Assembly (NCBI GenBank): GCA_965140445.1
Contig: OZ223236.1
Location: 672,001-736,000, forward strand
Reading direction: 5' to 3'
Length of the DNA stretch: 64,000 bases
Origin: Candidatus Ozemobacteraceae bacterium
Lineage (GTDB): Bacteria; Muiribacteriota; Ozemobacteria; Ozemobacterales; Ozemobacteraceae
In this document: one piece after another, positions 38,761 to 48,852 of the stretch
Layout of the letters: every line of letters starts with the position of its first letter
Numbering within the stretch: the stretch's first letter is position 1
The notes under the pieces: model-generated
Database searches by the model: none
What the model was told of the DNA's origin: nothing
The model's input: only the letters and a program-made list of their open reading frames with translations
Made by a program: the position numbers and the translations under genes

Positions 38761-39633
38761 CTATATTTTCCTGTAAACCATTGGTGCAACACTTTCAAAA
38801 GGTAGCTTCATCCAGGTTAGTGCCTCTGAGTGTCCCAGAAAAAGATATCCACCATATTCCAGACTATTGTAAAATTTGTGAATTAGTTCTTCCTGGGTTG
38901 GTCTATCAAAATAAATGATTACATTTCTACAAAAAATAACATGGAACTTTCTGCTTGGATTTGCCTCTAATTCCATAAAATTCAAACGTTCGAATGAAAT
39001 TTTGCTGCGAATTTCCGGTACAAATCTCACTCTTGAATCTGCAGGATTCTTACTTTTCATAAGATATTTTTTCTTGAGATCAAATGGAATTGGGGCGGTT
39101 TTTGAATCCGAATAGATGGCCATTGCTGCTGCTTTTAAAACTCTAGTCGAAATATCTGTAGCAAGGATTGAAAATCTGAATGCCCGGTTTATCTCACCAT
39201 ATTCGGACAAAACCATAGCCATAGTGTGAGGCTCTTCTCCTGTTGAACACCCAGCGCTCCAAATTTTCAGTGGGTTATTTGGAAGGCCAAAACCAAGTTT
39301 TTCCAGATTAGGCAAAGCCGTTTTTACAAGGTAATCAAAATGCTCTGCTTCCCTGAAAAAATCAGTTTTGTTTGTTGATACGAGATCAATCATTTCAATA
39401 GTTTCTTTTGCTTGCCCTTCTTTGCTGAAGAGATATTTGCAGTAGTCTTTAAATGATTTCAACCCAAGTTGGTTTAGGCGCTTTCTTAAGCGCCCCTCCA
39501 ACATGAGTTTTTTCCCTTCAGGCAACTTAATCCCACAGAATTCTGTGACAAATCGGCTTAGCTGATTGAAGTCGTCATTTGTCATTTTTTGTGATTCTGT
39601 AGCTGAAATTAATTCCTGATCATTATTCAACAT
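38761..39633 (-). CDS. cheR: Chemotaxis methyltransferase CheR
   Basis: TNKTDFFRE, IWSAGCSTGEE, ATDIS, IFCRNVIIYF, LGHSE. Confidence 0.95.
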   Translation of the reverse strand: MLNNDQELISATESQKMTNDDFNQLSRFVTEFCGIKLPEGKKLMLEGRLRKRLNQLGLKSFKDYCKYLFSKEGQAKETIEMIDLVSTNKTDFFREAEHFDYLVKTALPNLEKLGFGLPNNPLKIWSAGCSTGEEPHTMAMVLSEYGEINRAFRFSILATDISTRVLKAAAMAIYSDSKTAPIPFDLKKKYLMKSKNPADSRVRFVPEIRSKISFERLNFMELEANPSRKFHVIFCRNVIIYFDRPTQEELIHKFYNSLEYGGYLFLGHSEALTWMKLPFESVAPMVYRKI

Positions 39634-39635
39634 TT

Positions 39636-40166
39636 CTATTCCTCGTAATTATCGGGCTCAAGCAGTTCTGATCCATTCGAAGCTGCTTCCTTTACCATGA
39701 GAATTTCTTTGTTGGAAAAAACCTTATCAATATCAAGAATCATTAAAAAATTTTCTCCAATTTTTCCCATTCCTTTTAGGAATTCTACTTTCAATCTGGA
39801 CCCCATTTTTGGAGGAGGTTCTATTTGAGAAGGATCGAGCTCAATAACTTCCTGTACTGAATCAGCCAATGCGCCAATTGTTGTGAGTTCATTTTCCAAT
39901 AGAGCTTCTACCACAACAATACATGTGTTAACAGATTTTTCAGTTTTTGACATTCCGAATTTAAGTCTCATGTCAACAACGGGTACTACGCTTCCTCTAA
40001 GGTTTATGACCCCTCTCATGAATTCTGGTGTTCTGGGAACCTTAGTTATTGGGGGAAAGTCCAGAATTTCTCTAACTCTTGCCACGTCAACGGCGTAAAC
40101 CTCTTGAGCTAGTTTAAAAGCTAGATACTGAGTAGTATTAGAGCTTTTTGCATTTTCATTTGACAT
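39636..40166 (-). CDS. cheW: CheW
   Basis: ITKVP..GVINLRGSVVPVVD. Confidence 0.95.
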   Translation of the reverse strand: MSNENAKSSNTTQYLAFKLAQEVYAVDVARVREILDFPPITKVPRTPEFMRGVINLRGSVVPVVDMRLKFGMSKTEKSVNTCIVVVEALLENELTTIGALADSVQEVIELDPSQIEPPPKMGSRLKVEFLKGMGKIGENFLMILDIDKVFSNKEILMVKEAASNGSELLEPDNYEE

Positions 40167-40190
40167 AAATTTCTCCTGAAATAGGTCAGA

Positions 40191-40220
40191 TAGCTGAGCC
40201 GAGATTACCCGGCTCAGCTA
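40191..40220. other. Intra-operon stem-loop between mcp and cheW
   Basis: TAGCTGAGCCG / CGGCTCAGCTA with no long U tail. Confidence 0.6.
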
Positions 40221-40225
40221 AGAGA

Positions 40226-43200
40226 TTAGAATCTTTCGAAGTCAGAATCGTATTGGTCAAAGTCTTCTGACATATTTATGCTAACACCTTTTTTTACTTG
40301 AGCAGTTGCTGGAACAGCTTTTTCTTGAGGAGCAGCTTTTGGCTTAGGAGCTTCTTTGGCAACAGGCTTTTTTGCTACAATTTTAGAAGCGCTTTTCATT
40401 TCACCCTGCATTTTGAAGAAGCTAATTACAGATCTCATTTGCTCTGCTTGTGATGTCATTTCTTCAGAAGTTGAAGCCAATTCTTCTGCTGCGCCAGCAT
40501 TCTGTTGAATGACTGTGTCGAGCTGTTGAATTGCTTTGTTGATCTGATCTGCACCAGTGTTTTGTTCTTTACATGCCACGCTGATTTCCTGAATCAATTC
40601 TGCCGTTTTCTTAATGTCAGGAACGATTTTTGTCAGCATTTCGCCAGCTTTGCTTGCCACTTTTACACTTGAAGCGGAGAGGTTACGAATTTCACCTGCG
40701 GCCAACTGACTTCTTTCAGCTAGTTTTCTTACTTCAGATGCAACAACTGCAAAACCCTTACCATGTTCGCCAGCTCTAGCTGCCTCAATTGCAGCATTAA
40801 GAGCGAGAAGGTTGGTTTGGCGTGCAATTTCTTCAATGATGGCGATCTTAGACGCGATCTCGTTCATTGCTACAACAGTTTCAGAAACCGCTTTTCCGCC
40901 TTCTTCTGCATCCTGAGCAGCTTTTTGTGCGATTCTTTCAGTTTGAGATGCGTTGTCAGCATTTTGCTGAATGTTGGAGCTCATTTCTTCCATTGATGAA
41001 GAAACTTCTTCTGCTGCTGAAGCCTGGTCATTTGCACCGCTTGAGAGTTGTTCCGCACTTGATGAAAGTTCGTTACTTCCGTTTGCAACGTTGTCAGACG
41101 CTACTCTTATTTCGCTTGCAACCCTTGTAAGGTTTCGACATGCGTTATTCAAGTTCATCTTGATTTTATTGAAGTCGCCGTTGTAATTGTCGCTGATTTC
41201 TTCAGGGATTTCACCTCGAGAGATTTTATCAACGTAATCTGCAGCTACCTGGAGTGGATTGATAACAGCGTCTAGCGTATTATTTACCCCTTCCACAATT
41301 GATCTGTAGTCTCCCTGGTGCTTAGTAGCATCAGCTCTTGTAGAAAGCTGTCCATTAATCGCTGACTCTGCCAGCATATTGGCATCGTTTGCAAGCGCTC
41401 TAATTGCATTAACGCAACTGTTGACAGCTTCAGAAATCATTTTGAAGCTTTCGTGTGCTGCAGCAGTGTCTTCATCGCCTTTTTCAACAGCAAGCTTGAA
41501 GTTTAAATCACCCTTCGCCATTGCAGACAATCCTCTGGTAAGCTTTTCTGTTTCTTTAGTTTGATAGTTTGCAACCTTAGAAGCTACTCGACTGGCGGCT
41601 TTGACTGCGGTTAAGTCACTAACAACCTCAAAGGCTCCGATAACCTTTCCTGATCGATTCTTAATCGGGATACCAGAATAGGAGATATCAAGGCGTTTAC
41701 CATTTGGTCTTGCTTCGCACTCGCTTTGAGATGTTCTGTTACCCTGCATCGCTACTTGACATGCACATTTAGAAGTTTTACAGTCTTCAGTTTGGAACAG
41801 ATCGTAGCAATGCTTGCCTACAACGGTTTCCTGGGTCAATCCAACTGTCGATGCAGCAGCGGTATTCATGTATCGAACAGAGAATTTATCATCAATCAGC
41901 ATTGCTGGAGCAGGCATCGCGTCAAGTAGTCCTACCAGGCTGTCAATCGTTTGATTTACGCCTTCAACAATTCTTCTGTAGTCGCCGCTGTGTTTGCTTT
42001 CGTCCGCACGCTCATTTAATCTACCTTCTACTGCAGCTTCAGAAAGATAATTTGCGTCTGCAATAAGTGCGTTGATGTTATCAATACAGTTATTCAGGTT
42101 GACCTTAATTTCATTGAAATCGCCGTTGTAATTATCGGTAATTTTTTGTGGAATTTCTCCTTTTGAAATTCTGTCAATATACTCAGCAGAAACGTTCAGA
42201 GGGCCAATTACTGAATCAAGAGTGTTGTTAACGCCCTCGATAATAGCTTTAAACTCGCCCATGTGTTTAGAAGTGTTTGCTCTTGTCGCAAGTTTACCAG
42301 CAACAGCTGCGTTAGCTAGCATATTGGCATCTTGAACCATTGCATTAATGTTATCAATACAGTTATTCAGATTGATTTTTATTTCATTGAAGTCACCATT
42401 GTAATCATCAGTGATTTTCTGTGGAATTTCGCCTTTTGAAATTCTGTCAATATACTCAGCAGAAACGTTCAGAGGGCCAATTACTGAATCAAGAGTGTTG
42501 TTAACGCCTTCAATGATAGCTTTAAACTCACCCATATGTTTAGATGCGTCTGCTCTAGTCGCAAGTTTACCAGCAACAGCTGCGTTAGCTAGCATATTGG
42601 CATCTTGAACCATTGCGTTGATGTTATCGATACAGTTGTTCAGATTGACCTTAATTTCATTGAAATCACCATTATAGTTGTCAGTAATTTTTTGTGGAAT
42701 ATCGCCTTTTGAAATGCGATCAATGTATTCGGCGGAGACATTCAGAGGGCCAATTACTGAGTCAAGAGTGTTGTTAACGCCTTCAATGATAGCTTTAAAC
42801 TCACCCATATGTTTAGATGCGTCTGCTCTAGTCGCAAGTTTACCAGCAACAGCTGCGTTAGCTAGCATATTGGCATCTTGAACCATTGCGTTGATGTTAT
42901 CGATACAGTTGTTCAGATTGACCTTAATTTCATTGAAATCACCATTATAGTTGTCAGTAATTTTTTGTGGAATATCGCCTTTTGAAATGCGATCAATGTA
43001 TTCGGCGGAGACATTCAGAGGGCCAATTACTGCATCAAGAACATTGTTGACACCCTCAACTATTGGTCTGAATTCAAAGTTTATTTTTTCTGCATTCGCA
43101 CGTGTCGCGAGTTTCCCTGCAATAGCTGCGTCAATAAGGTTTCTTGTTTCTTTTTGAAGGTTTTCAAGAATTTCAGCAATATTACTTGTTAGATATTTGC

Positions 43201-44191
43201 CCATACCCGCTGAAACGATTAGCGCAATTAGTAAACCAAGCCAAAGTTGGTTGGATGCACTGCCAAGGTCTGAAACTGTTTCATTTGCGCCTTTGATGGA
43301 AAGATCCATGCCTGCTGACATAACAGCATTTGTAGCAGCTTGGACCGAAGCGCCAATGCTGCTGACTTCTTTTCCAAGTCCAGCTATTTCATTATCAAGC
43401 TTAACGTATTCTTCTAAACCATTTTTATAGCTCTCTCCAGCCTGGCTAATTACATCAAGCTCTTCAAGATCTTTTGCCATGCGTGTTATCGTTCGAATTT
43501 CCTTAAGTTTAGCCACAATTTGTGGATAAGTAGAAATAGCCTTTACAAGGCCTTCAGTATTCCGTTGGGCCTGAGCTTTCCAGGCGTTTATTCTAAGAGA
43601 ATTTCCCAGGTCTATGATGTCATTGATAATTGTTATTTTTCTGAGTCTTTCATTTAAGCCTGAGGCCTCTTTGGCAGAGCTAATTTCGCTTGCCATTGAT
43701 CTATTTTGGTTAGCCAGAAAAGCATTACAAGAGTCCATAAAGTTTTTGGCGGAAATGTCCAGTAATTTTCTGGTTTCTTCAACCGACTTAACCTTATCTT
43801 CTGATTTGGTTAATATTCCTTCGTATTTAGCTAGAAGATCTTTAATTTCAATTGAAGATGCTTTTAAAACCTTCAGACTTTGTTTATCAGCGAGTTCTTC
43901 TGCCTGAGGAACCAGTTCCTTTGTCATCTTGACTAAATGCTTGTGAGCTTCTTTTATAGAGCTTTCTGAAAACGTCATTTGATAGTTGTTTACTGCAAGT
44001 ATTGTTTGAGAAACATTTTCTTTTATTTCATCGGCGACTTTTGCTTCAACAATGTAAGCATTTGCAAGCTTCGCAGCTGTTCCCCCGGCTCCCCCCATTC
44101 TTGCTATAGACAATCCGCCAAGCAAAATTGTAATAGTTACAAGAACAATAATGGTAATTCCAATTTTTCCGCCTAATCGTAAATTATTCAT
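40226..44191 (-). CDS. Large methyl-accepting chemotaxis protein (2 TM, periplasmic helical sensor, poly-HAMP, PAS, signalling domain)
   Basis: [30 protein letters not shown]; repeated 91-aa HAMP-like units; C-terminal DFERF pentapeptide. Confidence 0.95.
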   Translation of the reverse strand: MNNLRLGGKIGITIIVLVTITILLGGLSIARMGGAGGTAAKLANAYIVEAKVADEIKENVSQTILAVNNYQMTFSESSIKEAHKHLVKMTKELVPQAEELADKQSLKVLKASSIEIKDLLAKYEGILTKSEDKVKSVEETRKLLDISAKNFMDSCNAFLANQNRSMASEISSAKEASGLNERLRKITIINDIIDLGNSLRINAWKAQAQRNTEGLVKAISTYPQIVAKLKEIRTITRMAKDLEELDVISQAGESYKNGLEEYVKLDNEIAGLGKEVSSIGASVQAATNAVMSAGMDLSIKGANETVSDLGSASNQLWLGLLIALIVSAGMGKYLTSNIAEILENLQKETRNLIDAAIAGKLATRANAEKINFEFRPIVEGVNNVLDAVIGPLNVSAEYIDRISKGDIPQKITDNYNGDFNEIKVNLNNCIDNINAMVQDANMLANAAVAGKLATRADASKHMGEFKAIIEGVNNTLDSVIGPLNVSAEYIDRISKGDIPQKITDNYNGDFNEIKVNLNNCIDNINAMVQDANMLANAAVAGKLATRADASKHMGEFKAIIEGVNNTLDSVIGPLNVSAEYIDRISKGEIPQKITDDYNGDFNEIKINLNNCIDNINAMVQDANMLANAAVAGKLATRANTSKHMGEFKAIIEGVNNTLDSVIGPLNVSAEYIDRISKGEIPQKITDNYNGDFNEIKVNLNNCIDNINALIADANYLSEAAVEGRLNERADESKHSGDYRRIVEGVNQTIDSLVGLLDAMPAPAMLIDDKFSVRYMNTAAASTVGLTQETVVGKHCYDLFQTEDCKTSKCACQVAMQGNRTSQSECEARPNGKRLDISYSGIPIKNRSGKVIGAFEVVSDLTAVKAASRVASKVANYQTKETEKLTRGLSAMAKGDLNFKLAVEKGDEDTAAAHESFKMISEAVNSCVNAIRALANDANMLAESAINGQLSTRADATKHQGDYRSIVEGVNNTLDAVINPLQVAADYVDKISRGEIPEEISDNYNGDFNKIKMNLNNACRNLTRVASEIRVASDNVANGSNELSSSAEQLSSGANDQASAAEEVSSSMEEMSSNIQQNADNASQTERIAQKAAQDAEEGGKAVSETVVAMNEIASKIAIIEEIARQTNLLALNAAIEAARAGEHGKGFAVVASEVRKLAERSQLAAGEIRNLSASSVKVASKAGEMLTKIVPDIKKTAELIQEISVACKEQNTGADQINKAIQQLDTVIQQNAGAAEELASTSEEMTSQAEQMRSVISFFKMQGEMKSASKIVAKKPVAKEAPKPKAAPQEKAVPATAQVKKGVSINMSEDFDQYDSDFERF
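42070..43070. repeat. 273-bp in-frame tandem repeat (about 3.5 copies) within the MCP
   Basis: 42489-42759 is identical to 42762-43032; neighbouring copies differ mostly at synonymous sites. Confidence 0.93.
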
Positions 44192-44305
44192 TCACCATTT
44201 ACTCCCTTCACGCTAATAAAATATCCAACAAAAAAAGTAGAACCTGTCTTATTAACTCCTCCCGCATTTTTTTTACTTTTCCAAAAGTGATTTGTTAAAG
44301 AATTG

Positions 44306-44893
44306 CTAACAATTCACGCACGATCTAATGCATGCCTCTATAAACTCGGAAATATTATTTCGCATAGGTGGGCCATGTCCTGGAAGAATTTCGTTAATCT
44401 TAAGTTTTGCGATCCTTTGAAAAAACTCTTTCATGGCCTCAGAGGCCTTTTCCCCCTTTTTTACTGGATTTATATGTGTGTCCCCACTAATAAGAATTTG
44501 ACTGGCCTGGCAATAGAAGCATAATGAATCAGAAGAATGCTGGGTGACATGTATTACCAACCAGTTTTCATCACCCATTTTAATTTTTTCGCCATCCTGT
44601 AAAATTATGTCAACAAATGGACCAGGGGCGTTAGCAAAAACCTTTGCTCCGTATTTCTTTTTTATTTCACCCACGCCTGCAGCATGGTCAAAATGATTAT
44701 GTGTCAAAACAATTTGCTCAACTGGAACTTTACCTACACCTGTGGGTATTTTTTCTATTTGCTCAATTGCGTATCCATCTGGACCTGGGTCGATCAATGT
44801 GTTTTTGTCTTCAATTCTGTTCCAGGAGCCAAGAAGCATATATGGATAGCAGCTGTAGGTTCTGGGATGAGGTTTTAGTGGCACTATTTTCAT
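44306..44893 (-). CDS. Metallo-beta-lactamase-fold hydrolase
   Basis: LIDPG, THNHFDHAAG, QHSSDS, SGDT, PGHG. Confidence 0.9.
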   Translation of the reverse strand: MKIVPLKPHPRTYSCYPYMLLGSWNRIEDKNTLIDPGPDGYAIEQIEKIPTGVGKVPVEQIVLTHNHFDHAAGVGEIKKKYGAKVFANAPGPFVDIILQDGEKIKMGDENWLVIHVTQHSSDSLCFYCQASQILISGDTHINPVKKGEKASEAMKEFFQRIAKLKINEILPGHGPPMRNNISEFIEACIRSCVNC

Positions 44894-45498
44894 CCGCCAA
44901 CCTCTTTTCTCTTGTAAACCTGAGCATCCGGGCGCAAGCTTTCAAAAAGCATATTGAGCTCTGGTGGAAGCTTCTGGGTATTTTCATTTGCCATTATTCC
45001 CTCTTTATCAAGGGCTTTATGAAACATATTATATACTTCAATTCTTTCATTTGGCTGCAAATGAAGGAGTACATTTTTACAAACAATTAAACTTATTCCA
45101 TTACTAATAGGGTTAAGGTCCAACAAATTTTGAAGGGTAAAGTTTACTTTACTGCGAAGAGTATCAATAACTTTTAAATGGTCCGCTTTATTGCCAGGCT
45201 CGAAGTATTTTTCCCTTAGTTTTTCAGGTATTCTAACGAGTTCACTAAAGGGGTATTCGCCAACGGTAACTATTTTTTCAAAATCAGGCTCAATGTCTGT
45301 TGCTTCAATTTGAACATTCTGAAAACCAAAATACCCCATTTTTTCAGCCAGAAGAATAGCGAGGGTGTAAACCTCTTGCCCCATAGCGCAACCCGCATCC
45401 CAGATTTTTATTTTACTTCGCCCCTGGGTTTGATCAAGCATGTGATCAATTGCATATTCTAAGGTTGGCACATCTCTGAAAAAGAAACTAAAAGCCAT
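44890..45498 (-). CDS. Short CheR-like methyltransferase lacking the N-terminal domain
   Basis: FFFRD, IWDAGCAMGQEVYTLA, ATDI, IVCKNVLLH; AAGGAG SD before MAFSFF. Confidence 0.8.
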   Translation of the reverse strand: MAFSFFFRDVPTLEYAIDHMLDQTQGRSKIKIWDAGCAMGQEVYTLAILLAEKMGYFGFQNVQIEATDIEPDFEKIVTVGEYPFSELVRIPEKLREKYFEPGNKADHLKVIDTLRSKVNFTLQNLLDLNPISNGISLIVCKNVLLHLQPNERIEVYNMFHKALDKEGIMANENTQKLPPELNMLFESLRPDAQVYKRKEVGG

Positions 45499-47764
45499 TT
45501 GCTTCTCCTTTTTCATTTAAAGATTTGTTGCTTTGACCTCGGATTAAAATTCCCGGGTCAGCTATTAGTGCAACTGTTCCATCACCAAGTATGGTTGCGC
45601 CAGAAATGCCAGGTATATCGTTACAAAATTTTCCCCATGATTTTATGACTGTCTGATATTCACCAATGACCTGGTCGACAACGAATCCAATTCGTTGTTG
45701 ATCAACAAAAGTGATAACAATTTGTTGAATATCAGGTGGTTCACCTTCTATTTCAAATGTTTCTCTCAGTTGCATGTAAGGGACTATTTGGCCCCTAACC
45801 ATGACAACATTTTTTTCAAAATTTCTTTTTTGGTCTTCTTTTGTTAGCTCTATACATTCTTCAACGCTTGAAAGAGGAATTAAAAATAAATTTTCCCCGA
45901 GCTTCACCATTAAACCTTCAACAATCCCCAGGTTAAGCGGTAACTTTACAATGAAGCTGGTACCTTTTCCTGGAGAGCTTTTTAATTCAAGGCTTCCCCG
46001 CATTCCATTAACTGTTTTTTTTACGGAAGCTAGACCTAGAGCCTTGTGGGATCCAGCTTTACTAAGATTGGTAGCCATGCAGATTAGTTTGAAAAGATCG
46101 GTTTCTTTGCTGTCAAAAAATTGCTTAGGGTTTCTTTCTACGATTACTCTTTTTAACTCTTCAGGATCAATTCCAGCTCCATCATCAGAGATTTCAATGT
46201 AGAAATTCCCAGTAGATTGCCATGCGCTAATATTTAATACGCCTTTGACTGGCTTTCCAGACAATTCTCTTAATTCTGGAGACTCAAATCCGTGTTCTAT
46301 GCTATTTTCAATTAGTTTTTTTAGCGGTTGGAATAGCCTGTCTAAAAGTTCTTTGTCTATCTCTGTGTTCCAGCCTTTAACTGAGATCTCAATTTGTTTT
46401 CCATTTACGCGAGATTTTTCCTCTGCGATTTCAATTAATTTAGTGAAAACACTACCAACTGGAAGCATGCTCATTTTTAGAGCGCTGTCTCTAAGATCCC
46501 CAGTAAGGATTTCCAATTCCTGTGCAAGAGAAACTAATTCTGCATCTCCACTGGAAGAAGCGTTTTGACTCAACCTTGCTTGAATTGTTACTAATTCTCC
46601 AAGAAGATTGATCAGATGATCAATTTTTTGATATTCAGATCTATCCTCGTTGCCGACTTCGTAGGTATTGCTGGGCTCAGTTTCGCTATTGCTACTGCTT
46701 AATGGCATTGAAGCTATTTTTTGAATTGTTTCAACGTAAGATTCTTCAAATTGATCTTTTATGTTTGAAAACTGGTCACTATCAGTTAATTGGTTGGGGA
46801 AAACACTAGCCGACTCATCTTTTTCCTGGTTATCTTTAGCTATTGCCGGTTCGCTTTTTATCTCGGTGTTTTCAAATTCCTCTTCATTAGATTGATTTTC
46901 GCCATTATTCATGAGTTTTATAGTTAAATGACAAAGATCTTCAACGAATATGAAAACATCTCTAATAGAATTTTCATCGGCTGTTGTATTAAGCGTGATT
47001 TTCCACTTTAAATAGCAAGTTTCTGGATCAATTTTTTCGAATTCAGGCACGTCAGATGAGTCTACTTCTATTTCCACTTCTCCAAGATCTGAAATCTCCT
47101 GGAGGATCGATAGAGGATTGTTTCCAAAACTGAAATAGTTTGGTAGAGGTTCAAAGAAAATTTCCCAGGTTTGTTTCGGCTTTTCTGTGATTTCAACTTT
47201 TTCAAGTAACTCATTTTCTGATGATGCTATTTTGTTGCTGGTATCTGAATTTAATTCAGAAGATTGTGAGGCATCTTCGGTTGAGTCAGATGGCATTTCT
47301 ATTTCTGCGTCAAGGTCTTTGTCTTCTTTAGCTTTGGGAGTTTTTGAAGCTTTTCTTTCTATTGCATTGGCAAAAGAATCAAGTGGATTTTGGCGACCAA
47401 AATTCAGGAAAAAAGCTGATAACCTGGTTACGGCTTCAAGATTTTCTTGAGTATTTTCATCATCGGGAGTTATCAGAGCCACCATTTGATCTCTGGATTG
47501 AAGAGTTTTTTCAATTAAATCGGGGGTAATTTCCCATTCGCCATTTCTAACTTTTTCAAAAACCGATTCAATTATGTGAACAAAAGCTGCCAGGTCATTA
47601 TAGCCAAACATAGACCCAGAACCTTTTAACGTGTGAAGGATTCTTAACAATAGATTAATCTGTTCAACATCACTGTGGTTTTCTTCTAAATCAATCAGCA
47701 AACCTTCTAGTTGAGCTAAAAGGTCAACCGCCTCTTCAAAGAAAATTGACGAATGTTTGTCCAT
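45488..47764 (-). CDS. cheA: CheA-like protein with intact Hpt/P2/CheW but degenerate ATP-binding domain
   Basis: LHTLKGSG, P2, IDHLINLLGELV, DDGAGID, GATILGDG; N box KLIENSIEHG; F/G2 boxes not canonical. Confidence 0.85.
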   Translation of the reverse strand: MDKHSSIFFEEAVDLLAQLEGLLIDLEENHSDVEQINLLLRILHTLKGSGSMFGYNDLAAFVHIIESVFEKVRNGEWEITPDLIEKTLQSRDQMVALITPDDENTQENLEAVTRLSAFFLNFGRQNPLDSFANAIERKASKTPKAKEDKDLDAEIEMPSDSTEDASQSSELNSDTSNKIASSENELLEKVEITEKPKQTWEIFFEPLPNYFSFGNNPLSILQEISDLGEVEIEVDSSDVPEFEKIDPETCYLKWKITLNTTADENSIRDVFIFVEDLCHLTIKLMNNGENQSNEEEFENTEIKSEPAIAKDNQEKDESASVFPNQLTDSDQFSNIKDQFEESYVETIQKIASMPLSSSNSETEPSNTYEVGNEDRSEYQKIDHLINLLGELVTIQARLSQNASSSGDAELVSLAQELEILTGDLRDSALKMSMLPVGSVFTKLIEIAEEKSRVNGKQIEISVKGWNTEIDKELLDRLFQPLKKLIENSIEHGFESPELRELSGKPVKGVLNISAWQSTGNFYIEISDDGAGIDPEELKRVIVERNPKQFFDSKETDLFKLICMATNLSKAGSHKALGLASVKKTVNGMRGSLELKSSPGKGTSFIVKLPLNLGIVEGLMVKLGENLFLIPLSSVEECIELTKEDQKRNFEKNVVMVRGQIVPYMQLRETFEIEGEPPDIQQIVITFVDQQRIGFVVDQVIGEYQTVIKSWGKFCNDIPGISGATILGDGTVALIADPGILIRGQSNKSLNEKGEANGF

Positions 47765-47798
47765 TTATATTCCTCGATAGAAAAGTGCTTGTGGTGGT

Positions 47799-48167
47799 TT
47801 AATCGTAGAGTAATTTATTTACAACAGCGATGAGGCGATCTGGATTAAATGGCTTTAACAGCCAACCAGAAGCACCAGCAGCACGGCCTGCCTGCTTGTT
47901 GTAATCCTGCCCTTCAGTTGTTAAAACCAGAATAGGGATAAACTTAAAAGCAATCTCGCTACGTAGCGATTTAACGAGGTCTATTCCATTTCTGTTGGGC
48001 ATGTTCAAATCGGTGATGACCATATCTGGTCTAAATCCACCAGCTTTTGAAATTGCGTCATCTCCGTCTGAGGCCTCAAGAACCTCAAAACCTGCGTCTT
48101 TTAATGTCCACGAAAGCATTTGCCTTATGCTGGCAGAATCGTCAGCAATTAGAATCCTCTTGTTCAT
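47799..48167 (-). CDS. cheY: CheY-type response regulator
   Basis: IADDS, TDLNMP, LTTE, GWLLKPF. Confidence 0.9.
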   Translation of the reverse strand: MNKRILIADDSASIRQMLSWTLKDAGFEVLEASDGDDAISKAGGFRPDMVITDLNMPNRNGIDLVKSLRSEIAFKFIPILVLTTEGQDYNKQAGRAAGASGWLLKPFNPDRLIAVVNKLLYD

Positions 48168-48558
48168 TTTGTGCCTTCCTATTTTTTGTTACAGTTAGTC
48201 CAAACCATTTTCTTTTCTTTTCTGTTTCAAAGCCAGAAAGCTTTGTAACTTTATATATTTGATGGTCTGCTGGAGGAGCTGATAGGAAAATTTTCTTTTG
48301 TCCATTTTGACTGCTTTTACCTAGAGCGAGCAATAATTGGATGAACGAGAGGTCTAATTTGGCAATTTGGGAAATTTCAAGCTCAAATTCATCGCTTGCA
48401 GTTAAAGCTTCGTTTAACATAGCGTGCATTTGAGTTGCAAAATGAATTGTTCCTTCACCAGTTAAGGGAAATTTAAGTCTGGCTTTTGGACTTTGCTTAC
48501 GCTTTTTTTTGCTCTCAACGCTTTTAGAGGACCCAACCTGCTTTTTTGTTTGACCCAT
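48142..48558 (-). CDS. STAS-domain protein
   Basis: LTGEGTI..LDLSFIQLLLA; first gene of the che operon. Confidence 0.75.
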   Translation of the reverse strand: MGQTKKQVGSSKSVESKKKRKQSPKARLKFPLTGEGTIHFATQMHAMLNEALTASDEFELEISQIAKLDLSFIQLLLALGKSSQNGQKKIFLSAPPADHQIYKVTKLSGFETEKKRKWFGLTVTKNRKAQNEQEDSNC

Positions 48559-48608
48559 TTTTCATCTCTCGCATTTGTCTGCTTTTTTTCTTCTCTTTAT
48601 CTAGATTT

Positions 48609-48646
48609 AGTATAACAGATAAAACTTGACTATTGGCAAGTTTTAT
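48609..48646 (-). promoter_or_regulatory. Putative che-operon promoter with overlapping inverted repeat
   Basis: Extended -10 TGTTATACT; ATAAAACTTG-N8-CAAGTTTTAT at 48619-48646. Confidence 0.4.
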
Positions 48647-48852
48647 TTACATTTTAAAGCATTTTTTTGTTTATTTTTATATGTAAATCGCCATTGTTTT
48701 GTGTACACCGTTTGCGGTTTGAAATAAATCCTTGCTTTAAAATCTAACATTGTTTCTAAAATAAATTTTGCTAATTAGATAATTTTTTTCTAAGCAAGGT
48801 AAAATAGAAAAGATAAAAATCAAAAAATTAAAAATTCTGGAGTCGAAAAAAG

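Noticed and set aside
44306..44893. Beta-lactam resistance gene
   Set aside because: No signal peptide, embedded in a che operon; the MBL fold alone does not imply beta-lactamase activity
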